The notes below the pieces were generated by a model. That model was not told the DNA's origin and made no database searches. It worked only from the letters and a program-made list of their open reading frames with translations. Both the position numbers and the translations under genes were made by a program. Of a DNA stretch of 64,000 bases, positions 21,220-29,725 are shown in pieces. Position 1 is the stretch's first letter. The number at the start of each line of letters is the position of its first letter. The DNA lies in contig DAOPOH010000001.1 of NCBI GenBank assembly GCA_035357855.1, positions 79,949 to 143,948 of the forward strand, written 5' to 3'. This DNA comes from Candidatus Cloacimonadota bacterium. GTDB taxonomy: Bacteria; Cloacimonadota; Cloacimonadia; Cloacimonadales; Cloacimonadaceae.

Positions 21220-21278
21220 GGGGGGTTAACGTGGGCTAACCCTCCGTTAACCCCCCGTTAACCCCCCGTTAACCCCCC
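21220..21278. repeat. 11-bp tandem repeat GTTAACCCCCC (3 perfect + 1 degenerate unit) preceded by one inverted unit
   Basis: Perfect units lie at 21246-21256, 21257-21267 and 21268-21278. The degenerate unit GCTAACCCTCC lies at 21235-21245. The inverted unit GGGGGGTTAAC lies at 21220-21230. Confidence 0.9.
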
Positions 21279-21480
21279 GCTTCATACAAGGAAGACATAA
21301 AGAGGCGAAAAATATCAAAATGGCAAAATAGCACGGAAAGGACACGTAAAAAAGTTGGGGTTTGGATTATTTGTGGGGTTGTCTACGGTGTTATTTTGTT
21401 ATTTTTATATTTTTATGACAGAAAGATATATTAGATTAAATTCTGATGATTAACGAGAGGAAAATAAAATATTAAAAGAA

Positions 21481-21575
21481 CTTGCTTATATATATGCCTT
21501 GGCGTCGCAGCGTGCCTCTGAGATGAAATCGCAGAGAGACCTCCGTATCACTACCATTGGTATTAATGGATGAAC
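21481..21575. repeat. palindromic intergenic repeat, diverged copy C
   Basis: It keeps the order CTTGCTTAT-ATATAT-...-CCTCTGAGATGAAATCGCAGAGAGACCTCCG-TATCACTACC. In the central ~30 nt about 24 positions match copy A, and a 9/10 match to CATCACTACC follows. The hairpin is only 5 bp (CTCTG/CAGAG). Confidence 0.45.
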
Positions 21576-21618
21576 ACAGGAAAAAACGGGACTATAAAAT
21601 TTTGTGATGTATTATCAA

Positions 21619-22074
21619 TTATGGCAGCCAGTTATCATTAATATATTTCGACGAAGTTACATCATTATCGTCTTTACCGACCCGAAATTGTTTATTAGTT
21701 AAACTGTAAACTAAATAAGCGCCTTTTTTCCCGAAAGCCGGTTTAGTTTCAGCAATAACCAGACTGTCATCCGGAGAAATTGAATAAGTAAAATAATCTG
21801 ATTCAATCTTTTGGCCGAGATTCAATTGCGAAATATCGGGATAGTAACCATTATCGGGATTATTCTTAAATTCTTCCGCTTTATCGCCAATCATTTTAAG
21901 AGTAGCAATGGCATCAGTAATATGAGTTCTGCTGACTTTTGCTTGATGAACAGGGACAATAAAAATAAACAGCAAACCGACAAGGAGCAAAATAGAGAGT
22001 AATTCTATAAGGTTAAAATCGGATTTTAATGTGTTGGAAACCGGTTTCTTTTCTGTTTTTGTTTCGGTCATCAC
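21619..22074 (-). CDS. type IV pilin / pseudopilin-like protein with atypical leader
   Basis: The N-terminus reads ...TLKSD-FNLIELLSILLLVGLLFIFIV. The hydrophobic helix and Glu at +5 resemble the prepilin methylation motif, but Asp replaces the usual Gly at -1. An SD (GAGGA) lies upstream. Confidence 0.55.
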   Translation of the reverse strand: MMTETKTEKKPVSNTLKSDFNLIELLSILLLVGLLFIFIVPVHQAKVSRTHITDAIATLKMIGDKAEEFKNNPDNGYYPDISQLNLGQKIESDYFTYSISPDDSLVIAETKPAFGKKGAYLVYSLTNKQFRVGKDDNDVTSSKYINDNWLP

Positions 22075-22137
22075 ATCCTCCTGTACATATCAATAATAAC
22101 CTTAAAAATAAAGAAAGTAATTTTGTCAAAGGAATTT

Positions 22138-25100
22138 CTAAAAGCGGAAGCTTCTTTTCACCATAACTTCATGAGCGTTTTCTTCATGTTTGGGGCGCAG
22201 ACTGAACGTATAAATAAATTTGAAGTTCCACGGTAAATTAAATCGGACTGAGGCATTGTGATACATATCCAATTTTGTTTGCTTAGCCAAGTCCGTTGTT
22301 TCCTGCAGATAAATTTCGTAGTCAAGATAAACACTGTGCCCCAAATATTTTCCCATAGAAACGGAAAGATTATTAAGAAAGACTGAGGAACTGAATTGCA
22401 AAATTTCAGTGTTTAGATTTGATATGTTTGCATCATTAAACTGATTTCCGGAAGTAAATTCCACGAACAGGTTTTGGACAAAGCCGGTGGTGATGGAAAA
22501 ACTGTCCAATCCCAAAAAACGGCGAATTTTATTTTCAATCGGACTGAGAAATTGAGAAACATAAGTGGTGCTGACACTCGTGCTTATCAGTTGCATGGCT
22601 TCGTCTTGTAAAAGCGCTTGCCTCTGGTCCGGATTAAGTTCGTCCAGATTTCTGTTGTAACGCAGACGAGAAAGAATTTGCGTGATTGTTTTGTCTTCAG
22701 GATTGTCACTGGTGAGACTGAATTCTAATTGGTTAAGGACATTGCCTCCTTTTTGGGGATTAGTGAGAACCTGCAAAGTGATTAATGTGCCGTCTGCAGC
22801 CTTTTTTGTGAAAACTCCGTTTATAGAGAAAACATTACTTTTTGAATTAATGACCAGAACGGCGTTTTTCACTTCAAAGATAGTTCCGTAAAAATCAACA
22901 GTCCCCTTCTCGGAAGCGAAATTAGCCTCTTCAGCATACCAGTTATTTCCGTCATAAGTAATGCGCAGAAAACCTCCGGGTTGGCATGTTAAATCTGCAG
23001 GATAAGTTACATAACGAATATTGTCACCAACATCTATAAGAAGGTCAAGCGTGAAAGGAAGAGGTAAAGCTTCCGTTTGCTCTTTCTTGCCGAAAAGATT
23101 AATCAGTTGAAGCAAGTTCTTCGTATTTGCGGGATAAACAACACTGCCGTTGGATGCAATAATTTCCGCTTTAATTTTCATATCGTCAAAAGGACCTTTG
23201 ATATAAGCTTCACGAGTGCCTTGCCCTTTAATGATACCGGTTGCGACTGTATTGTCAGGAAGGTATCCAGGAATATATATTTTTAAGCCGTTGTCATTGG
23301 TATGAATTAAAAAGTAACCAAGATTTATGGGTCCTAAAAAGAAATTATCCTCATTGGGATCAATATCATTACGAATATACAGCTTCCCTGCACCCTCTTC
23401 ACAAGTGAATTTTTCCAAATGTAGAACATTATCTCTTATCACTGCGTTGATCTCGAGATTGCTAAAAACATCATCCTGACTTTTCAACTTGAAAGTTCCG
23501 TCCGACAAATTAATTGTTCCCCTTTTGACGATTATGCCTTCTTCGCCGGTTCTGATAGTCATATCGGCAACAAGATTGCTTTTTGTCGCTTGGACAAAAG
23601 GAACGAAATGATGTAAAATGCGTAACGGGTCTCCGGTTAAAGTTAAATTTAGAGAATCTGTTCCTTCATAGCTGTTGCCGGAGAAAAAATTGTAATCAAG
23701 ACCACCCTGAGCGGAAAGAGTTGCTAATTTTTTATTGCTTATGTATAAAGAATCAACTTGCAAGACCTCGTCTAATTGTGCCGCCTTGATGATAACAGCA
23801 TCAAGCGGAATTTCAAAAAGAGAAGTTCTTTCACCGCTTATATTACAACCTAATTCTGTATGCGGTTTACCCTGACGCGGCAAAGTAAAATTCAAATTTA
23901 CATCACCGCTGATCCAGCCTTTTAGCATTTCCTTTGGAACTATTTCTGCCAAATTGAAACGCTTTAAAACGGCATTTGCTTTCAAATTGAGTTCAGGTTG
24001 ACGAACGAGTAAACCTTGTATATTAATATTATTATTAGAATATGAAATACCGGTATTAATTAAAGTGGAATCGCTCGTTCCGGAAAAATTCAAGTTCAGA
24101 TTCATAGGGTGCAATTGAGCTAATTGGACGGGATTTATTGTCAGAAAGCCGGTCACTTGTTTATCCCGATTAAGATTATAATCCAAATCAGCGGAAAGTT
24201 CGGCATTCAGAGGAAGTTTATTTTTACCGGGAACAAACATTGTCCAATATTTTGCGAAATCAAGGCTGTCCGTATAGAGAGAAAATCCGCTGTCAAAGTA
24301 GTCTGAAATATTAGTCCATCCGCTTACGACTAATTTATCGTCTAAATTGAAATTATTAACATGGATATATTTACCGTCATAATCGGCTTTCAAACTAAGC
24401 TCGAAAGGCATTCCCGCAGCTTGAGAATTTTCTGTCATCAGAGAAAGTTCTGCATTTTTTTGAGCAGGGTCATAACTAAAAGCGGATATGAAATCACCTT
24501 TTATCGAATTAGGAGAAATCAGATTTATTTTTAATTCGGCTGAACCCGAAAGTTTATCATTGCTATACAGAGCATTTACCTTTCCGCTTGTTATTAAGTC
24601 GATGCCGTTTTCTTCAGCTTTCAGCCAATATTCTTGTAAATTAAAATCAGTTAAGGTGGCAGCAGTTACCAAGTTACTGTTTTTGAGCCCGCCTTGAGAA
24701 CGCACAGCAAATCCCTTACCGTCACTCAAATCTATATCTAAGTTTAAATTTTCGATTGAAAAGTTCGGCAGATTAATAATGGCGTAACCATGCAATCCGG
24801 AAAGATTTATTTCGGCAGATGCTGCATCCAAAGTCCGGAGGTTAACTGTCGCTTTGAGTCCTTGAACAAAATTCAGGTTTGCCGATAAATCGGATTTTAC
24901 TCTTAACTCCGCTTTTTCAGAGGTTGGAGCCGTAGCCAAAGAAATGTCCATTTGACGGTTGTCCAAATCATAGACACCTGCTAATGATGATGTCTGTTGC
25001 CGCCAGGAAAATGGTTGAGTTGTAAAATTGACTTCTTTTCCGTTATATTCTGCAGTTACTTTTATGTCTGTAATTCTTTCTTGTTTTACATTAAGTTCGG

Positions 25101-26166
25101 GAACAGTGATATGACCGGAAGCGGTTAAGGAGGAAACTTTTCCGTTTAGATTGACAATTCCTTCAGCAGTGCCATTTAGTTCGGGAGAAATATCTGAAAG
25201 CGATAATTGCGATAAAATAATCTGACTGTTGATTGCAGGTTCTTTCAGAATATCGGATAAAGAGCCTGTTGCCCTAAACCTGTTATCATTCAATAAACTT
25301 TCGCTGATGTTAAAGTTAGTAATATTTTGATTTCCTTCTATTTGCATATAAGGGAGTTGCAACTTATATTTGTCTTTCTGGATAGAAGTATTCCACAAAA
25401 TAGAATTAAAACTTATAGTCGGTTGGGCAGAAGGTTCTTTTTTCCTGTATTTCAACAAAACAGAAATTTCAGAATCCAAATTTTGACAGCCGGATAAATA
25501 TATTGAGCGCGGTCTATATTGCTCCAGCATAATGTCTATTAAGCTGATATTTCCCTTATTCATTGTAACTTTTAGTTTAACATTACCGTGATTAGAAGTT
25601 TCTGTTTGGAGCATAGCATTTGTTTTATTTTTATTTACGGCGGAAAGAGTTATGTTATTAAACTGTTCATTGTATTTAAGACTGTCTGCAAAAGAGCTGC
25701 CTAATTGAGTTGCAAAAGTGAAATCTGCTTTGCCGTTCTTAACTGTGAGAGTGCGAAAATATGGTGTCAAATCCGGAATTTTGAATGCTTTCTTTTCTTT
25801 TTGCGGCTTATAGATATAAACTATTTTTGCCGCAGGCTCATAGACTATGATTTCCCGAATAACGCTGTTCAGCTTAAAGCCGGAAGTTATGATTTTAAAT
25901 AAATTATAATTGATTTGAACCTGAGCCGCTTTAACATATACAGTATTTTTATCATCGCGGAAGGATATATTGTTTGCGGTAATGTGGCGTTCATTGACTG
26001 CTAATTTTTCTATGGTCAAACTGCCGTGAAGTTGTTGACTGAGATATTGTTCCAGTTTACTTTTTACTTTTTCCTGACCATCTAAAGTATACCATAAAAT
26101 GAAGAAGGTTACATTAATTATCAATAATATAAAAACTATAATTAAGAACCATTTAGGATGTTTCAT
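22138..26166 (-). CDS. TamB / AsmA-like translocation and assembly module protein
   Basis: 1342 aa with a single N-terminal TM anchor (WFLIIVFILLIINVTFFILWY). The body is long, repetitive and beta-rich, and the C-terminus is aromatic (KRSFRF). Size and architecture are typical of TamB (DUF490). Confidence 0.6.
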   Translation of the reverse strand: MKHPKWFLIIVFILLIINVTFFILWYTLDGQEKVKSKLEQYLSQQLHGSLTIEKLAVNERHITANNISFRDDKNTVYVKAAQVQINYNLFKIITSGFKLNSVIREIIVYEPAAKIVYIYKPQKEKKAFKIPDLTPYFRTLTVKNGKADFTFATQLGSSFADSLKYNEQFNNITLSAVNKNKTNAMLQTETSNHGNVKLKVTMNKGNISLIDIMLEQYRPRSIYLSGCQNLDSEISVLLKYRKKEPSAQPTISFNSILWNTSIQKDKYKLQLPYMQIEGNQNITNFNISESLLNDNRFRATGSLSDILKEPAINSQIILSQLSLSDISPELNGTAEGIVNLNGKVSSLTASGHITVPELNVKQERITDIKVTAEYNGKEVNFTTQPFSWRQQTSSLAGVYDLDNRQMDISLATAPTSEKAELRVKSDLSANLNFVQGLKATVNLRTLDAASAEINLSGLHGYAIINLPNFSIENLNLDIDLSDGKGFAVRSQGGLKNSNLVTAATLTDFNLQEYWLKAEENGIDLITSGKVNALYSNDKLSGSAELKINLISPNSIKGDFISAFSYDPAQKNAELSLMTENSQAAGMPFELSLKADYDGKYIHVNNFNLDDKLVVSGWTNISDYFDSGFSLYTDSLDFAKYWTMFVPGKNKLPLNAELSADLDYNLNRDKQVTGFLTINPVQLAQLHPMNLNLNFSGTSDSTLINTGISYSNNNINIQGLLVRQPELNLKANAVLKRFNLAEIVPKEMLKGWISGDVNLNFTLPRQGKPHTELGCNISGERTSLFEIPLDAVIIKAAQLDEVLQVDSLYISNKKLATLSAQGGLDYNFFSGNSYEGTDSLNLTLTGDPLRILHHFVPFVQATKSNLVADMTIRTGEEGIIVKRGTINLSDGTFKLKSQDDVFSNLEINAVIRDNVLHLEKFTCEEGAGKLYIRNDIDPNEDNFFLGPINLGYFLIHTNDNGLKIYIPGYLPDNTVATGIIKGQGTREAYIKGPFDDMKIKAEIIASNGSVVYPANTKNLLQLINLFGKKEQTEALPLPFTLDLLIDVGDNIRYVTYPADLTCQPGGFLRITYDGNNWYAEEANFASEKGTVDFYGTIFEVKNAVLVINSKSNVFSINGVFTKKAADGTLITLQVLTNPQKGGNVLNQLEFSLTSDNPEDKTITQILSRLRYNRNLDELNPDQRQALLQDEAMQLISTSVSTTYVSQFLSPIENKIRRFLGLDSFSITTGFVQNLFVEFTSGNQFNDANISNLNTEILQFSSSVFLNNLSVSMGKYLGHSVYLDYEIYLQETTDLAKQTKLDMYHNASVRFNLPWNFKFIYTFSLRPKHEENAHEVMVKRSFRF

Positions 26167-26184
26167 AAGATATAATACTTTAAT

Positions 26185-26862
26185 TCATTCCGAGTTTCTG
26201 CTCAATACTCCGTTAATTAATTTATAATTTTTACTAAATTGCTTCGCAATATTAGGGTCGTGTGTTACGAGCAAAAAAGCTGTGTCTAATTTAGCGTTGA
26301 ATTTGAAGAAAAGTTCAAGCACGGCAGAACAATGAGCCGGGTCTAAGTTTCCTGTGGGTTCGTCAGCCAATACTAAAGCCGGTTGATTGATTAAGGCTCT
26401 GCCCAAAGCAACTCTTTGTTGTTCACCTCCGCTCAGTCGGTTCGGATAGAAGTTTTGACGGGGCAGCATATCCAATTCTGCCAACATTTCTTTTGCCTGA
26501 TTCAAACTGTATTTTCGGCTGTGTCCCGCAACCATTAAAGGTAAAGCTACATTTTCCAAAGCTGTAAGTTCTTCCATTAGATAATGAAATTGAAATACGA
26601 AACCTATATATTTATTTCTGATTTGGTGCGCATTCGGTGCTTCCGGAGAAACAACTTCTCCGTTTAGAGTGATTTTGCCGCTGTTCGGTTTATCCAAAAG
26701 ACCCAATAAATGCAGTAAAGTACTTTTCCCGCAACCCGATTGACCGCTGATGCAGGCAAATTCACCTTTCTCCAATGTCAGGTTTATGTCTTCCAAAATT
26801 CTAAGTTCCAGATTGCTGTCCCGGAATGACTTTGCTAAATGTTCAACAATTAAAACAGCCAT
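26185..26862 (-). CDS. lolD: ABC transporter ATP-binding protein (LolD/MacB-type)
   Basis: Walker A GQSGCGKST, signature LSGGEQQR and Walker B LVLADEPT. It lies next to an FtsX-type permease. Confidence 0.8.
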   Translation of the reverse strand: MAVLIVEHLAKSFRDSNLELRILEDINLTLEKGEFACISGQSGCGKSTLLHLLGLLDKPNSGKITLNGEVVSPEAPNAHQIRNKYIGFVFQFHYLMEELTALENVALPLMVAGHSRKYSLNQAKEMLAELDMLPRQNFYPNRLSGGEQQRVALGRALINQPALVLADEPTGNLDPAHCSAVLELFFKFNAKLDTAFLLVTHDPNIAKQFSKNYKLINGVLSRNSE

Positions 26863-26872
26863 TTATCGTCCT

Positions 26873-28099
26873 TTATACAGTGCCTCTTAAAATATCAATT
26901 ATTTGTAAAAGCTTTATCCTTCTTAGGGGGATTGCAATGCAAATCATAATCATAAGCAGGGAAACAAGAAAAATCAGACCATAATTATAAAATGTAAGAT
27001 AGGTTGTAAGTTTGTCAATAAAATATATGTCACCTTTTAAGGAATAGAGGTTTTGTTGCGTTATTAGCCAAGCGCAGCCTGTGCCTAATCCCATTCCGAT
27101 TAAAACGGATAACGTGCATAAAAACAGGACTCTTATGTATACTATTTGTTTCAAAGATTTTATGTCTGCGCCCAGAGCTTGAAGCAATGCTAACTCCTTT
27201 TGTCTGTCAACAATAGCAGTGGAAACGGAGCTGATGCAATTGAGAGCGGCAATTAATATTAAGAGGCTGAAGACAAGGAAAATCAGCCATTTTTCAACTG
27301 TTATAAGGGAAAAAAGATTGCCGTTAAAATCTATCCAATCCCTGATTATAACTTGCTTTTCCAATTCAATGTTTAATTTTTGAGATACAGACTTGACTTT
27401 GTCTACCCACTGCTCTGTTAAATTGATTTCCAGAAATGAATATTGCGGAGGAATACCGTAAAAACGAAAAGCGGATGAATCAGACATTACAATCAAAGTG
27501 TTATCCAATTCGTAATAGCCGACTTTTACAATATCTTTTATGAGGAAGGAAGCGGACTTCGGAATAATTCCGGTAAATGAGATACTATTCGTTTGAGGAA
27601 ATTGCAAAGAGAGGCTGTCTCCTATTTGCAGTCCCAATTCAGATGCTAAGTTCGTTCCTATCAGAATTTGTCCGTCATTTAAATACTCTGTTTTTGATTT
27701 AGTATATTTTGTATACCAATAATTTTTGGCCGCCTTTTGAGGATACGCTTGAACATAAGCATTTTTTATCTTATTATTATGCAAAGCGATAGCAGCTTTA
27801 TTATAAACCGGAAAAGTAGAATTGATTTCCTGATGAGCGTCTGTTTTTTCTTTAATGGCTCTTGCTTCTTCAGATGTAAAATAACCTTCTTCCGAAGGGA
27901 AAATCATAATATGAGCCGTGCTGTCCAAAAGCAAAGTTTTAAGAGTATGCTGATAACCTTCAAATAAATTTAAAGCAGCGGTCACAACTGCTACGGAAAT
28001 GATAATCCCCGCAATCATAACCTTAAAATCAAATCTGAGCTTTTGCCCCGGCTTCTTTTTAAGAGAATTCCATGCAAGGTAAGTCACAAGTTCTTTCAT
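26873..28099 (-). CDS. ABC transporter permease, FtsX/LolC-LolE family
   Basis: 408 aa. TM1 is followed by a large extracytoplasmic loop and three C-terminal TM helices, the MacB/LolCE topology. Confidence 0.7.
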   Translation of the reverse strand: MKELVTYLAWNSLKKKPGQKLRFDFKVMIAGIIISVAVVTAALNLFEGYQHTLKTLLLDSTAHIMIFPSEEGYFTSEEARAIKEKTDAHQEINSTFPVYNKAAIALHNNKIKNAYVQAYPQKAAKNYWYTKYTKSKTEYLNDGQILIGTNLASELGLQIGDSLSLQFPQTNSISFTGIIPKSASFLIKDIVKVGYYELDNTLIVMSDSSAFRFYGIPPQYSFLEINLTEQWVDKVKSVSQKLNIELEKQVIIRDWIDFNGNLFSLITVEKWLIFLVFSLLILIAALNCISSVSTAIVDRQKELALLQALGADIKSLKQIVYIRVLFLCTLSVLIGMGLGTGCAWLITQQNLYSLKGDIYFIDKLTTYLTFYNYGLIFLVSLLMIMICIAIPLRRIKLLQIIDILRGTV

Positions 28100-29064
28100 A
28101 CTTGGTCCGGATAAAAACTGCTTATTTTTTCCGGAGGAATATTTTTGACTTCTTTGATGGAAATTCTGATTTCGCGTGACAAGCTGCGGTTGATGATTAA
28201 TTCACTGATTAAGCCCATGGAAAACAATTGCACGCCTGTCAGGATTAAAAGAATGCCCAAAAACAGTAAAGGACGGTTTGACAGCGGATAATTGTAAAAA
28301 ATCTTTCTGATTGCAAGATAGCCTGCTATTAAAACGCCAATCACGCCGGAAATTACTCCTATTCTGCCAAACAAATACAATGGACTTTTTACATATTGGG
28401 TCACCATTTTTACTGTCAGCAGGTCAAAAAATCCTCTTAGATATCTTTCTATTCCGTATTTGGATTTTCCGTATTTTCTATAACGATGATTTACCGGAAT
28501 TTCTGTTACACTAAAACCTAAGGCATTTGCCAAAACAGGAATATAGCGATGCATTTCTCCGTAAATATATAATTCTTTTACCACAGATTTACGATAAAGT
28601 TTAAAACCGCAATTAAAATCCTTGATGTGCAGTTTAAAGGTTCGTGCCGTTACGAAGTTGAAAAATTTTGAGGGCAAAGTTTTAGTTATCGGGTCGTGCC
28701 TTTTCTTTTTCCAACCGGAGACTAAATCGTATCCCTCATTGATTTTAGCGATAAAATTAGGAATTTCCGCCGGGTCATCTTGCAGGTCTGCATCAAGTGT
28801 AAAAATGAGGTCTCCTTCAGCTAAATGAAAACCGGCTTGCAGTGCCGCAGCTTTGCCGAAGTTTCGTCGGAAACGAATGACTTTCACTTTTTCATCTTTG
28901 TCCGCTATTTCACATAAAAGTTCATAGCTTTGGTCTCGGCTTCCGTCATCAATAAATATTATCTCATAATCGGGTTCGGGATTGTTTTGCCTTATTTCTT
29001 GATAGAGTTGAAAAAGGGAATCCTCTTCATTGAGGACCGGAATAATATACGATATTTTCATCAT
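28096..29064 (-). CDS. family-2 glycosyltransferase (polyprenol-phosphate glycosyltransferase-like)
   Basis: IIPVLNEE, DDGSRD and DADLQD (DxD) motifs with two C-terminal TM helices, as in ArnC/DPM1-like enzymes. Confidence 0.75.
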   Translation of the reverse strand: MMKISYIIPVLNEEDSLFQLYQEIRQNNPEPDYEIIFIDDGSRDQSYELLCEIADKDEKVKVIRFRRNFGKAAALQAGFHLAEGDLIFTLDADLQDDPAEIPNFIAKINEGYDLVSGWKKKRHDPITKTLPSKFFNFVTARTFKLHIKDFNCGFKLYRKSVVKELYIYGEMHRYIPVLANALGFSVTEIPVNHRYRKYGKSKYGIERYLRGFFDLLTVKMVTQYVKSPLYLFGRIGVISGVIGVLIAGYLAIRKIFYNYPLSNRPLLFLGILLILTGVQLFSMGLISELIINRSLSREIRISIKEVKNIPPEKISSFYPDQV

Positions 29065-29071
29065 TACCTGC

Positions 29072-29671
29072 TTATACGAAGATATTGAACAAGGACATTG
29101 CTATTCCTGCGCTGATGGGAATTTTGATATTATCATCCACCGGAATATTCCAAATTTCCGCTAAGGTTGCCATAAGGCATCCTACCACGTATATTAAAGG
29201 ATTTATGCGATTTCCGAATATAAGGGAAAAGATAAGAATACCGACAAAACATGCCAAACTTCCTTCCAGGGTCTTGTTTTGTCTTAAATATTTACGCTTG
29301 CCTTTGGTCATGCCGACTGTAGCAGCCAAGGTATCTCCAACCGCCAAATAACTCATTGACAGAAATGCGATTTCCGGTTTGAAAAAGGCAGTGCAAAGCA
29401 TAGCGGATAAAATAACAAATGTTGCTCCGGTAAAATCTCGTCTTTCATGCCTGCGCAAAAGAGGGCCGAAAAGCTTGTGGAAAAGTTTTCTGAAAGTCGG
29501 CTGTTCCAATCTTGCCATTTCAATCGCAAAATCCAAAATAAGCGCTCCTAAAAGTATCAGAAACATAAGCAGCCGATTGTAATTGAAAATATATCTATAA
29601 GAAAAAGGAATAATCAGAGAGCAGACATGAATGGACTTACGGATAACCTCATTTGCTTGCTTCTTTTTCAT
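29072..29671 (-). CDS. polyprenol (dolichol/phytol) kinase / CTP-transferase-1 family membrane protein
   Basis: A 199-aa polytopic membrane protein with an N-terminal RKSIH motif and a C-terminal GD..A loop, as in the SEC59/DGK1/VTE5 family. Confidence 0.5.
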   Translation of the reverse strand: MKKKQANEVIRKSIHVCSLIIPFSYRYIFNYNRLLMFLILLGALILDFAIEMARLEQPTFRKLFHKLFGPLLRRHERRDFTGATFVILSAMLCTAFFKPEIAFLSMSYLAVGDTLAATVGMTKGKRKYLRQNKTLEGSLACFVGILIFSLIFGNRINPLIYVVGCLMATLAEIWNIPVDDNIKIPISAGIAMSLFNIFV

Positions 29672-29725
29672 TTTTACGCACTGTCTTACGTCTCGAAGAA
29701 ACGTTTTATTTCAGTTAGCCGAATC

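Noticed and set aside
21220-21278. Possible CRISPR array or minisatellite-encoded peptide.
   Set aside because: The units are 11 bp long and directly abutting, with no spacers. No cas genes are nearby, and no ORF spans the region.
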